Notes under the pieces: generated by a model | The model's database searches: none | What the model saw: the letters and a program-made list of their open reading frames with translations, nothing else | What the model was told of the DNA's origin: nothing | Position numbers and translations under genes: made by a program | Shown: positions 1 through 13,470 of the stretch, one piece after another | Layout of the letters: every line of letters begins with the position of its first letter | Position numbering within the stretch: position 1 is the stretch's first letter | Assembly (NCBI RefSeq): GCF_009914755.1 | Contig: NC_060925.1 | Reading direction: 5' to 3' (one strand) | Source of the DNA: the human T2T-CHM13v2.0 reference genome, Homo sapiens | Length of the DNA: 64,000 nt

Positions 1-169
1 AGCTGGGCATGGTGGCAGGTACCTGTAGTCCCAGCTACTCAGGAGGCTGAGGCAGGAGAATGGCATGAACCTGGGAGGCGAAGCTTGCAGTGAGCAGAGA
101 TCGCGCCACTGGACTCCAGCCTGGGCAATAGAGTGAGACTCCGTCTCAATAAAAAAATAAAAATAAAAA
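1..169 (+). mobile_element. AluY-like right arm (cut by window start)
   Basis: ggaggctgaggcaggagaatggcatgaacc...gcttgcagtgagc...gagactccgtctc followed by A-rich tail. Confidence 0.93.
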
Positions 170-179
170 GTAACCTGAA

Positions 180-458
180 GGCTAGGCTTGGTGGCTCATG
201 CCTATAATCCCAGTACTTTGGGAGGCTGAGACAACAGGATCTCTCAAGGCCAGGAATTTAAAACCAGCCTGGGCAACATGGCAAGATGTTTTCTCTACAA
301 AAAATATGGAAATTAGCCAGGTGTGGTGTTATGTGTCTATGGTACCAGCAACTCAGAAGGCTGAAGTGGGAGAATCACTTGATCCCCAGAGGTCAAGGCT
401 GCAATGAGCTGTGATTGCCACTGTACTCCAGTCTGGCCGACAAAGCAAGACCTTCTCT

Positions 459-496
<38 letters not shown>
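180..496 (+). mobile_element. AluJ, full length, A37 tail
   Basis: Diverged dimeric Alu with J-type 'ggtcaaggctgcaatgagctgtgatt'; near-TSD aacctgaa on both sides. Confidence 0.9.
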
Positions 497-500
<4 letters not shown>

Positions 501-840
501 CTGAATGTTCCCAAGTGAGAGAATTGTTAAATGAACTAAGATGTGCTCATATAATTAAATATATCATACCAATTAAAATCTTTCTTCTGAGGAATTTTTA
601 ATGACTTGGGGAAAAGTTTATGTTATGTCTTGTGGGGGAAAAAGCAGAATGTGAAATTGAATATATAGCTCTATTGCAATTTTGTAATAAAGGAGGAGGA
701 GAAAAAGAAGGAGAAGGGGGGAAAACACATATAATTGCAATCTCTATGTGGGAACATTTGGGGGTGAGTTTTATTCTTTATATATTTCTGCAGTTCCTAA
801 AATGTCTGTAATAAGCATATAATAGTTTTATAATTGAAGA
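497..840 (+). mobile_element. Ancient L1M (L1ME-like) 3' UTR fragment
   Basis: aacctgaatgttcccaagtgagagaattgttaaatgaacta... resembles the L1M 3' end consensus. Confidence 0.6.
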
Positions 841-1212
841 GTTACAAAACTATGAGTAAGAGGGTGGATCTGAATGAAAAAGAAAGCAAAAGAAGAAAAA
901 TCTACTTTTCAGTAGGGGAACTCCAAAGGAACCAAGACAGCAAATGTAGCAAATGTCAAGACCATAGCAATAAAGATGCTCCAAATGCATTGAAAAACTG
1001 AAAAACTTTTTAGCTTTTTCTCTCCCAGTTACTACCAAACATCCTCTAGTTCAAGAGGCACATTTTAGCATTCACAGGAAAACATTCTGAAATTGAACGG
1101 CCTACATTTCCTTTTCTTGTTTTCATCCAAAATCTATTAGTAAACTTTACAATAGCTTCTTGTAAGAGTTGATATTTTATAAATCTGAATTGTCAAATAT
1201 AATTCTCAATTC

Positions 1213-1316
1213 TCTCTTTGCTCCTCTTCCTTCCTTTCTTCCTCCCTCCCCTCCCTCTCCCCTTTCCTCCCTTCTTTCCTTCCTTCCTTCTTTCTTTCTT
1301 TCCTTCCTTTGTTCTT
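1213..1316. repeat. Polypyrimidine (TTCC/CTT) low-complexity tract
   Basis: Directly visible. Confidence 0.9.
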
Positions 1317-2085
1317 TGAAACATGATTAAATGCCTACTGTGCACCAGTTACCATGCATGGGTCAAGTGGTATAGTGTGAATGTGACAAGTCCTATTTCT
1401 CAAAGAGCTAACAGTCCGGTGAGGAGCAGATGGTGTTAGGAAGAAAGGATGTTTTAATAAAGTGTGAGAACACTGCTATAGGGTAGATGACACAGGAAGC
1501 TGTAGAGGCATGTAGGAAGGCATCAAACCCAGAGAAGGCTTCCCAGAATGACCCTGCAGCAGAGACCTGAAAGATGAATGGGAATTTGTGAGGTGAGAGG
1601 CAGCAAAGTGGAGAGTGTCCCAACAAGAGTAAAATATATATTCAGAGGCCTAGTGTGGGAGTAGACGGATGCATAGGAAGGTGGAGAGAGGGAAAGAGAC
1701 AGAAACAGAGGGAAAGAAAGAGACAGCAGAGAGACAGGGAAAAAACAAAGAAAGCCAGAGAAGAGAGTGAGAAAGTTGGGAGAGGCACAAAGAGAGATGG
1801 ACAGGGTGACAGAGAGAGACACAGAGAAGCAGCCCGCAAGAGCAAGTCTGGGTGAACAGAAAGCAGTTCAGCCTAACCTGGGTACAGATTTTAAGCTGAA
1901 GAATGTCAAGGGCTGGGGCTGGCAAGGGAAGCAAAGACCAGAGTATGTCAATGGCTTTAGGCCTTGTGTGCTGTGTTAAGGATTTTGAGCTGAATCCTGC
2001 TGGATTGAGGTATAGGGTGAGAGTTTTAAGTATGGCGTGGTTTGGTTTCAGAAGGATCACACTGAATCCTGTGTGGAGAATGAAT
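1317..2085 (-). mobile_element. L2 3' region, interrupted by a GA-rich tract (~1680-1830)
   Basis: ttaaatgcctactgtgcaccag...gaaggcttcccag...agacctgaaagatgaatggga...gaaggatcacactg...tgtgtggagaatg match reverse L2 consensus. Confidence 0.75.
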
Positions 2086-2289
2086 TACTTTTATGTCCCT
2101 AATCATCATGCACCTTTTTCAATTTGTCCTTTTTATTCAGACCCTGGGGATCCTACTTGGTCTTCCAGGCTCCCCTAATCTTCATTCTTCTAGTTAGTTA
2201 GATTTATTCACTTCTCTCAGATCTTTGCCTGTACTTGAAATGTGGCACAGCTCTATTTTGCTTGTGTCTGCCCTGGGAACAGTGTGGAC

Positions 2290-2480
2290 TTGGCTCAGGC
2301 AGAACAGACTGCCTCTCTGTTCTACCACTTACTTACCATGTGGCATTGGACTAATTTTTAACACTCATAAAATCTCGGTTTTCTCGTCAGAATCAGTACC
2401 AATCTCATATAGTTTTTGTGAGGATTGGTTGGAGAGCTCTATATAAAATGCTTGGCCTGCGCTGGGTGCTCAGTGCTCAT
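2290..2480 (+). mobile_element. MIR
   Basis: tctaccacttac...tgtggcattgg...ctcggttttctc...ttgtgaggatt core. Confidence 0.7.
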
Positions 2481-2667
2481 GACCCCTTCCTCCCGTGATT
2501 AATTCATCTCCATGGCATCCAGTGAAAGGGCTGCACAAAATAATTACCAAAGGAATGGTTGCTAAGTGAATGAAGACAATGTTTAATGGACTAAAATCTT
2601 CCAAGTCAGATATTTTTCCTTTGTTACTTTTGGACACATGTTTATCTGATTTTATTGAAATTCTTCT

Positions 2668-2960
2668 TAATAGTGGATGCCGTGATGCCCCTCACAGACC
2701 CTCCTTCAGGACTGCTGCTGTGAGTTGCCAGCACTGCCAGCAGACAGCCCTCAGCTACAGCCCTCTACTGCAAGTGGCTGGGCTGCCAAGATTCACTGCA
2801 CCCTGGTCATGCCCATTTCCAGTCCTTGTAGAGAAGAAAGGGTGGTTCCTTCACCCAACTCTGCATACTTCCTTCCCTTCACTTCCAGAGCACTGATCGC
2901 CTGTAAACTGTGCACTTGTCCTTGTCTCAGAGGGCAATCTCTGGGAAAGTATGTCTGATA
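2668..2960 (+). mobile_element. LTR16-family (ERVL) solo LTR
   Basis: tagtggatgccgtgatgccc...ccttcaggactg...gacagccctcagct...taaactgtgcac...tctcagag resembles LTR16. Confidence 0.6.
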
Positions 2961-4094
2961 CCTCTGAAGTCGAATTTTCAAAATCCACCTTTTTCTTTAT
3001 AAAGATGCCTTTAACATGCCTTAGAATGACGTGAGTATTTATAAGTGACTGGCTATGTTTATTAAGCTTCCTGTAATGCAGGAAACATGACTATGAATGT
3101 TTCATGGTGTGCTCTTGTGAAACAGCAATTTTTCAGTGAATCCCCCTACTTCCCAGCTCCCCAGGGACAAATAAAACTTTCCTAGTCAGTGTTGGATGTA
3201 GGCAGATTCCAAGGGAACAGTTTTTCCCTATAATTTAAAATAGTAGAATTTATAATATGAAATTAAAAACAACATAAATTAGTAATTCAATCCCAGCATT
3301 CCAACTTAATGAACTAGAAGTTTTATTGCATTATTGTTTTGTTCCACTGGACCAATTTTTTGGTGTATGAATAGAAAGTTCTTCTTTATTAATAAGTAAG
3401 TATATAAAAAAATTAAAGGTGCCTCTCTGCAATTATGTTGATGTCTCCTAGGAGCGCAAATTCAATAATTTAAAATATTATTTTCTTAGCATATTAACAG
3501 ACACAGTAGATAAGAGGGTAAAATTTGTGTCTCTTTAGTTTAAACTCCTTTTAAGTGCAGTGTAGCAAAGCAGTTGTTCCCCAGTGGCACATGAGAAGCA
3601 CTTACCAGGAAAATTGTTATTGAATTAAGCTGCATAAAGTGTAAATAAAGGACATTTTTGACATCCAAAGAGTGACCAATGGTCAGGGATGTGTAACACC
3701 TTCATAAGATTCAAGTTGAATACAAGGTTTCTTGTCTTCCGGAAACAAAAGTGACGTGGGATTTTAGTTCTAGTTCATTTATTGCTATTTCATAATACTT
3801 TATCCACTATAATTTGGAACATACGACAGATGCAAAAATCTTATTACAGATATTTAAAAACTGTGTCAGTCTAGAAATTTCTCTAAATGCTCTCATCTCT
3901 AGACATCATGGTCCTTTAAGAGATCGTATTTGCCCCCAACGAATGTAGGTCCATGCTTGGAATGCCACTGCCATGTGCAAGATTGGCATTTTCTAACTGA
4001 TTTCCTCAGGCTGCTTCTACTTGAACAGCCACGCCTTTTGTAGTCTATGGCCTTCCTGTTTGCTCACATCAGCTCTTGTTTATGCTCTGGCTTT

Positions 4095-4283
4095 TCTCCA
4101 TTCTGTCTCCTTCAGCAAATCCTCTGTATCTTCAGCCTACTTTCAGATGGGCAGTAAGGTCTGTGAGGGCAAGGATCCTGTCTGTCTTGTTCCCAGCTAT
4201 ACTCCCCAGCACCCAGCCCAGTTTCTGATCTTGAGTAAGTGCAGCATACCTATCTACTGACTGACTGGATGAATGGGTGAATA
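4095..4283 (+). mobile_element. L2 3' end
   Basis: tgtgagggcaaggatcctgtctgtcttgttc...cccagcacccagc...tggatgaatg. Confidence 0.7.
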
Positions 4284-4538
4284 TCATACAATATCAGAGC
4301 CAGATATGGGTGAATATCTGGCTTCCACTTTTGTTTCCTCTCTCTCTTAGCACTGTATATATGCAGATAAATAAATTTACAACAGATTCTTTTTAATCTT
4401 TTAATCCCTGGACCTTTCCACATCTACTACCCTTTAAACAGCTTTGTCATGATGAAGAATGAATATTTTATTGTTTGATGAACTTTATGGACTTTCAATA
4501 TTCAAATATAATAAAAATGTTTAAGAAAAAAAATGAGA

Positions 4539-4896
<358 letters not shown>

Positions 4897-5919
4897 CTAG
4901 ATATCCTAAACAATTATCCCAACATAAAAATTATATATTAAAAATATGTTAAATTTTAAAAACATTTAACCGAGTTGTCAAGAAGGTAGATAAATTTTTC
5001 AAGAACCAAAAATTAGTGAAAGCAGGAATTTAGAGTAGAAAGGTTTCTGAAGCCCCAAAACAAACAAAACCAAGAGAAGTGAGAAGCAATTGCTACTCCT
5101 TGGGGATCTAAAGTTCAGTTTTGGTGAATTTGAGGGATAAAGATAGTACGCAAATCTTAGAGACCTAACTTGGAGATTCTGACAGGAGCACCTCACATAA
5201 AGCCAAGACCACATGGGTCGTCATCCACAGGGGATATGTGAGTTAGGAGAAAGCTTGTCTTACAGGGGAATAGAGAAATTTACATTTAAGTGGAAAGAAA
5301 AATTCTCTCCTGTTAATTCATGAGCCAGCCCTCACTCAAATTTGTAGCCCTTACCTATTTACACTTTCATTTTGGCCAAAACTAATTCAAATCTATAAAT
5401 TATTTAAAATATATCCTGATTTGAAAGTTTTAAACTGAAAGTAATAAATATCCTGTATAGATTAAAGCCCTTTGAAAGTAGGTCTCAAAGCATTTCCCCA
5501 GATGAAGTTCTATCAAACATAGAATTGGAAAAAATAGTACAAAATAAAATAGATTAATTATTCTGAGTGTACTGGTAACTACAAAACATTGAAATGAAGT
5601 AAACACTTCATTTAAAAGATAAACAGTGGGGGAAAAAGATGAATATTGGATGATAGAATATTTTTTAAAAATCCACGTATATGTTATTTATAAGAAAAAT
5701 GTCTAAAATATATGACTAAGAAATGCTTGAAATTAAAAGAAACAACATAGAAATCAATAAAAAGGTTAGTATATGGTAATGATAAAATAATTCAAAATAT
5801 ATATTAATATTAAAACTATTACTGGAAATTTAAAAAATCATTATATAATGTTAAAAGATTTAATGTACCTTAAAAATATAAAGTTCTGGATGTGTTAATT
5901 TCTATTAATACAGCCTAAC

Positions 5920-5920
5920 G

Positions 5921-5953
<33 letters not shown>
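5920..5953. repeat. (TA)n microsatellite
   Basis: Directly visible. Confidence 0.9.
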
Positions 5954-8700
5954 TAGAACAAGAAGAACCTGATAAATCGGCTTTCATTGGGGGTATTCTA
6001 ACACAATTCTTTCAGCAATTGCTAGATCAAGTAGACAAAAAAGAATAAGAATATAGATTTGAAAGCCATACTTAGCAAACTTTATCTAAAAGACTTCTAT
6101 AAAACATGGTATCTAATTATTGAATATGAAAGTCAACCACCCACTAGACCATAAAGCAAGTTTCAAAAAAATTCAACTATTTATAGATGAATAACGAGTC
6201 AAGGAAACCATTATAATAGAGATTATAAAATACTTAGTACAGAAAAATAATTAAATTACTAAATGTAATAGATATTTAAAACTTGAGAAATGCAGCTAAT
6301 GTGGTCTTTAGAGGAAAAATTATAGCCTTAAATGTTAACACTAGAAAAATAGGAAAGTTCAAAATTAATGAGCTTTATCTAAATTGTAGAGTTAGAAAAA
6401 AAGTACAAGATAAACCTTAAGAAAATAAAATGAAGGAAATAAGAGGGATAAAAGCAAAGATTAATGAAATAGAGAACAAATACAGAGAAGAGAAAAATCA
6501 GTAAAACCTAAGGTTGGTTGTTCAAAAGATGACAAAATTCATAAAACTCAGACTAGACTAACCAGATACTAGTAAAACTTTTCAATATGAGGAAGTAAAG
6601 GAGGTCATTACAACAACAGCTATAGAAATTTAGAAGAATAATATCAACCTCTTTGTGGCAATAAATTTGAAAACATTGTTGAAAGGAATAAATTCCTAGA
6701 AAAAGCACAACCAAACAGGCTAAGAGGAAAAAAATAAAGAGGGTACATATTAACCGTTAAAAAATATTAAAACAGAGGTTAAAAATTCCCCATCAAGAGA
6801 ATACAAAGATCAGGTCGTTTTACAGAATTGTTATACTAAATATTCAAGGAACACATAATTTTTACACATAAAATATGTCAGAGAACAGAAGAGGAAAGAA
6901 CATGCCTCAAGTCACATTATGTGATTAGTGTATACTGAAAACCAGCACTAGATGACGACTGGATGAGATGGGCAAATCACAAGTCAGTCTTATATGTAAA
7001 AATCAACGCAAAATCTCAAACAAAACAAAATAAAACAAAAAAATGGAATCCTGCCATGTATAAAAAGGAAAACAGATCAAATCCCATGTAGGCTTATCAC
7101 AAAAACTCAAGTGTGGTTTACAATTAGAAATTTTATTAACACAAACTTTATCATATTTAGCAGATTAAAAAGGAAAAGCCATAAAATCTCAATAGATTTG
7201 ATAAGATTCAACTTTTACTCATGAAAAGAATATCTACAAAAATCCTATAACAATTATGATACTTGAAGGTAAATTTTAAAAGCATTTTCTTTAAATTCAG
7301 GAAACTGACAAGATGCCAGGTGTCAACACTTCTATTCCTCATTACAGTTAAAGCTCTCATCAAGATGCTTGCACTGTCCAGATGCTCACGGATCCAGTGT
7401 GGTAGAAAATTGGAAAAGAAGGAACACTTTTATAATAGACTAAGGGCATAACGGTCTACAAAGAATAACAGGGTTTACTAAAATGCCAGATATGAGAAGC
7501 TGGTTATATTGCTCTATATCAGTAATAATTAAAAATTTAGAATTTAAAAAGGCTATTATTTATAATAACAATACAAAATATAACAGAGCATGAATAAATC
7601 TAACAGAAGACATGCACAGACTTTATGGAAATGTTAGTTTTGGATTTATTCAAAGATAATAAAGACCAAAAAGTCGTGGAGGTATACTATACTTGAGGAT
7701 AGCAAGACTTAATTTTATAAGGATGTCAATTCTCCCCAATTTAATCTATAGATTGAATGTAATGCCAAGCAAATTTCCAAGGCTTTTCTTGTTTTGTTTT
7801 GATTTGGGTTTTGTTTTTCAAATGTATGGGTACTGTATAGTGACCCTGAAATGTATATGGCAAAATAAAAGAACAATAGTGGTCAAGATGTTCCTAAAGA
7901 AGAAATTGGAGCAATCAGCATTATCGTATATCAAAACTTCTTTGAGTTAAAGTAATAAAGATTTTTTGGTATTGGTGAGATATAGACACATAGAGCAATG
8001 GATTCAATAGAGAGCCCAGATAGACACTGAAACATATGTGACATTCGATATATAAAAAAACTGGCAATGCAAACCAGTAGGGAAAGCATGAGCAATTCAA
8101 TAAACTAGAATGAGACTAATAGTTATAGATATGCCAAACTCCAACCTCACATATACTGTTCTTGGTGGATTAAAGGCATAAATGTGGAAAGAAAGAAAAA
8201 CCTTTTGGAATAACGTATAGGAGAACATTTTTATGACCTTAGGATAGGAAAGGTTTTCTTAAACTCTACCTTTCTTCAAAAGGGCAGATCATTAAGATAA
8301 AAGTTTATACATTTCTTTGGAGAAAGATACTTATTAATACCTATAAATGATGACAGAACATATCCAAAATATAAAAAGAACAAATCAATAAAAATGATAA
8401 CTCAATATTCAAATGGTCAAAAGAGTAGGTTAGTATTTTATGTAAGAGAAAACATTCGTAGTCCTTGAAAAACATATATGAGATGTTCAACCTCATTATT
8501 CATCAGATAAAATTAAATCCACTGTATCATGCCATTTCCTATTCAGCAGATTTTAAATGATGTAAAAGTCTGACAATGTTAAACAGCTTCAAAGGCAAGG
8601 GTGATAAGAACATTTATACACTGTGAGTAGGGGTATAAACTGACACAATCACTTTTTAAAACAATTTGATATTACCTTGAAAAGCAATTTAACTCATCAG

Positions 8701-9513
8701 CAGTGGTCCTCAAAGTAATGCTGTGAGAACCTTTCCAGCAGGTCTGAGAGATCATATTTCCAACTACATATTTGTGCAAGGCCGATGTTTTTCACATACT
8801 TCAGCCAAACAACAAACCCAACAGACAGAATACAGAGCAGATATGAGAATTTAGTTGTCGTTATTTAAGCCAGGCATTAAAAAGATTTACCAAAACCAAA
8901 GATAATGTCATTCTTTAATTCATGTTTTTTCTTTTTGGAAAAAATAGTCAACTTTAATAAAGATGTTATTGATTTAAACACGTGTCTACACAGTTCAGGG
9001 TGCTATGCAGCTTAAACAACAGATATCTGTTCCTCAGAGTTCTGGAGGCTGGTAAGTCCAAGATCAAGAAGCTTGAAGCTCTGGTTCCTGGGGCCCTCTT
9101 CCTGGCTTGCAGAAGGACAGCTTATTGCTGTATTCTCACATGGCAGAGAACAGATCATCTCTCTCTCCCATCCATTCTTATAAAAGCACTAATCTCATTC
9201 ATGAGGTCTCCTCCTTCATGACCTAATTACCTCCCAAAGGTCTCTACCTCCAAATAGCATCACATGAGGGATTAGTGCTTCAACCAAAGAATTTTTGGTG
9301 GGAAACAAACATTCAGTTTATAGACACATCTAATGGGATTATTGTTATTATTTTTGAATAAACTAATAAACATTCAAAGATTTCTGAGTTTTAACTGCTA
9401 ATACTGTAAGAATTTTTATAGATACAGTCGATGTAAACAGCAGCCCTTACTTATCCTTAACAATTCTCAAGAGTGAAAAGGGATAGTGAGGTCAGAAAGT
9501 TTGAGAATTGATG
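8701..9513 (+). mobile_element. Charlie1-type hAT DNA transposon (internally deleted)
   Basis: TIR-like ends cagtggtcctcaaagt / agtttgagaattgatg; transposase C-terminal remnant FPTTYLCKA...ADMRI*LS from 8757. Confidence 0.8.
8983..9326 (-). mobile_element. MLT1A-type (MaLR) solo LTR nested in Charlie1
   Basis: gcttaaacaacaga...gttctggaggctggtaagtccaagatcaag...catgacctaattacctcccaaagg...aaacattcag. Confidence 0.85.
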
Positions 9514-10074
9514 CACTAAAAACTTTTGCAAGTATAAATTAGGATATATGAACAAGAATAATCATAGCCAATTGTTTGCAATAAAGAACAAAGCAAAAAT
9601 GAACAAAGAAAAACACTAGACAAATCCCTAATATTCATTGACAAATGGACAAACAAATTATGGTATACTTACTCAGTGGAATACTATATATTCTGACATA
9701 TATATTCTATACTATGAATAGTCTCCATCTATATATCTATATATCTCACTATATATATACTATATATTGTGAGAATACATGAACTTTACCTACAGGCATT
9801 AATATAGATGGGCTTCAAAAACACAATGTTAGATGAGAAAAGCAAATGTTACACACAAGAAAGAATTCCCAGATCTAAAGAATACAATACAATTCTTATA
9901 TAATATATTGTTTAAGGAGAAATACATGTGTAGCAAGCCTATAAAAATAGAGAAATATAAAACATAAAATTTAGTGGTGGAATTACTTCCAGGGAAATAC
10001 AAGGCGTACGGAGGAGCTTCAAAAATGTATTCTATTCCTTAAGCTCTGTGGTAGGTTTCATGGGTGTTTGTTTT

Positions 10075-10165
10075 ATTTTTAGCGTTATTTTTTGTGATGA
10101 GAACACTTAAAATCTACTCTCGTAGCAATTTTCAAGTTTACAATACATTATAATTAACTATTTTT
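10075..10165 (-). mobile_element. L1MA 3'-end fragment
   Basis: tttgtgatgagaacacttaaaatctactctcgtagcaattttcaag matches reverse L1MA 3' terminus. Confidence 0.7.
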
Positions 10166-12019
10166 AGTTTTTAAACCTTACTATGTATTCCAAACGTTCT
10201 TTTGTGTATAATATTTAATTTAGAACATTTTTATCTTAAAAAGGCATTTGAATACAGGAGAAGGAAAAAGAAAGGGAGAAAAAAGGGGAGAAGGAAGGAG
10301 CAAGCAAAGAAAGAAATATTTCCTGACCTTTAATGGGGGCTAAATACATCTATTAAATGCACTTTGTCCAATGTTACCCAACTTTTCTGTGCTGAAGGAA
10401 GATAACCTTTTGGGGAAAGATATCACCTGTTCAGCCCTACATGTCCTAAAATGCTGTTAAAACATCCATTTTAAAGCTCTTTCAGATAAAGAGACACATT
10501 AGTGATGAAAGTGATGCTGAGCCGATTTCTCTCTAGGATTGGCTCCGTGCCATATACAATTTATTGAGCTTCACAGTTTAGCAGGATCAGAATAAATAGT
10601 CTCAAAAAGGTTTCAAGTTTTCATGGAAATCGTAGTCTCTTTCCCAGGACAATCTACCTCAAGCTTTCTACCCACTCAAGACCTTAGGTGAGGCACACAG
10701 CTTTTTGCAGTGAGCATGATGACCTTGCTGCCATCCCCTAAGATACTAATGACCGAATGACAATGTCCTCTAAAGGTGAATGCAGGACAGAGACCAGCAG
10801 TGCAGAGTCTGGTTGCAGGACCTTTCAATATTTTCTAACTAGAACAAGTGAGTTCGTTTTACTTTTTAAAGCCACTCTTTATATGGCTGCTTTAAATTCT
10901 CATAATTATATAATTAGCAACTTTGGCAATCATTTTGCTACTTTTTAATTATGTCACTAAACATAATTGGAAAAACAAAGAAATACACCTGGGAAAAGAA
11001 AAATAGGAATCCAAGAGGAAAAAAGTTGCACTACTTAGACTTATGCTTGTGCCAGCAACTATTCCTACTATTAGTAACTCCAGGGCTTCAGACACATACT
11101 TCCTGTTACAATGTCATCGTTTTGTGTATTAAGAATCAAAGATTTAGTCAAATGCTAGGCCCCTTCAGAGACTGTAAAGTATCAGCACAGTGACAGTTTC
11201 CTCTCTGATCTACTTTTCCAAATACCTGACATACCTGTAGCAGAGTGATTTACTGAAAATTTAATGTGGTAGAATAACCATATTCAAAATTAATGGTGTC
11301 TTATGGGTTTACCATGAAATATTAGGAATTCTTTTTACAACCGTTTTTAAAGAGGGTAGCCAAGGCTTCTGATTTTGTTGGGTTTTAGCCTCCCTTTTCT
11401 CAGAAGAGAGTTGAGAGATTTTTGCTTGTAAAACCAGGACTCTTCAAGGGTCTCTGAAAAGAGAAGAAAGAGGTGTGGCGTGGCCCAACCACAGAGATTC
11501 CTCTGATGCTCAAGGTATGGAGAGGTGGTGTTGCCCAGAGGTGGTGGGATCTCTGATGGGCGTGGGTGCATGGATAACTGAAGATGGGAAGGAATCCTAA
11601 GTACATAGGCCATGAAAGTCATAATGTCTCCAGTAAAGGGGTGTGAGAGAAGAGGTGGATGGCGTGAGCAAAGAACTTGCTAGCCGCTGACCAGTGTGGA
11701 TGCCATACAGTTCAGCAGTGATGGGGATGGACTGAAAGCAAGAGGATAAAATATCCTTCCCTTATTTCTTGATTTCTTAAATTGTGTAAGCTCCAGGATT
11801 CCTACCCAATTCAAAGGCACAGAAGAACCCCAGAAAATTAACTGAGGTTGGATTTCCCACCAACTCTATTGAGCAGGCAAGATGGGAGGAAAGAAGGGCA
11901 AGAGTCAGATTTAATGTGATTTTAAAATCACATTTCACAGAGTGCATATGTCTTACAGAGCCCAAGCAGGCTGGGAGTCAGGTGGGTTGAGCTCATTCCT
12001 TGCAGTAGAACACAGGACA

Positions 12020-12275
12020 TTAGAGCCAAATGGTTAGATTCTGGTCTTGGTGATAAACAGCCTGGTTCTGGTTCTGTCCCTTGTTTACTTAGTCTCTATA
12101 GATCATAATCTCAATAGACCAAAGTTTCTTCACCTGTAGAAAGGAGAGTCTAGCAATATGGGTTTCTACCAATATGGTTCTTAGGAAAATTCTGTGTAAT
12201 AACCACATAAAACGATCATCTTAGTGGCTCACGTATTAGTGGAAGCTCAATAAATATTAGCTGTCATTTTTATTA
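12020..12275 (+). mobile_element. MIR
   Basis: agtttcttcacctgtagaaagg...aagctcaataaatattagct. Confidence 0.7.
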
Positions 12276-12429
12276 CAATGCTCGTCATTCTGAAGCTCAG
12301 TCTTCCTAACCTATGAAAGGAAGACTGTATGACTGGCCACCCTCCTGCTAGAAATGCCTATACATTTGAAGAATCGAGTTGTAGAAAAAGGAAACATGTA
12401 AAAGAAAGCTACCCAAAATAATTTTATGG

Positions 12430-12615
12430 CGACCATTTACTGAGACCTTAAAGTGGGCCAGATCCACAATAATTGCTTTCACCCATATGATCCTACCAAA
12501 TCCTTCAAGCAAATTTGAAAGGTTGATTATACAGATTAGGAAACTAAAGGCACACAGAAGTTATCTGCTCATGTCCACAGTGAATAAATGATCAAGCCTG
12601 GTTTGAAACATGGCC
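12430..12615 (-). mobile_element. MIR
   Basis: catttactgag...acagattaggaaactaaaggcacacaga...gtttgaaac. Confidence 0.65.
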
Positions 12616-12894
12616 ACTTTTGTGCTCTTATAATTTTAGAAGAATTATGATCTTAAATTCTTCCCTCCTAAATGCAGTGTTCTAATGTTAATAACTACCA
12701 AATACTAAGTAATTGCTAAGTGCCTTGTTTTAGACTTGAAATTCTACTTATAGTTCATTATTTGCATCATAGGATAACTCAATGTGATAGATATTCTATC
12801 TCCATTTTACATGTAAAAAAATTTTCTTCATAGAGATACACAGTATAACTGAGATACGGCTGAATTCAAATACTTTACTTTTCTTCTTCTGCCG

Positions 12895-13470
12895 TAATTC
12901 ACTGTCTCATATGACCCAGGTATTCTACTTCTAGGTAACTGCCTAAGAGAAATTAAGATATACACATTCAGCCAAACTTCCACATGAATCACAATCTTAG
13001 AAACATTACTCACAATAGCCAAACATTGAAAATAACCAAAATGTCCATCAACTGGTGAATTAATAGACAAAATGCAGTATATCTATACAACGAAATACTA
13101 CTCAGCAATAAAAAGAAACAAACTACTGATACATACACGAACAGGAACAAACTTCAAAAGCATTATGCTAAGTTAAAGAAGCCAACATAAGAGACCACAT
13201 ATTACATGATTCTACTTATATCAAATGTCCAGAAAAGGCAATTATGCAGAGATAGAAAGTATATGATGGCTGCCTGAGACATTGAGTGGAAAAGAAGATG
13301 AACAGTAAATGGACATGAAGGATCTTATTGGGATAAAGGAAACATTCTGAAACTAACTTCTGGTGATGATTACACAGCTAGGTTAATTTAACAAAAGTCT
13401 TTATATTATACTCTTGAAATAGGAGAATTTTATGATATGTAAAACATGCCTCACTAAAGTTTTTTCAAAA
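12895..13470 (+). mobile_element. L1MB (MB7/MB8-like) 3' UTR
   Basis: catatgacccaggtattctacttctaggta...aaatgtccatcaactggtgaat...aatactactcagcaataaaaag...ttatgctaagt. Confidence 0.85.

Noticed and set aside
7693-7950. 85-aa ORF with real protein similarity
   Set aside because: It is a decayed L1 ORF2 segment inside the L1ME relic, not a host gene.
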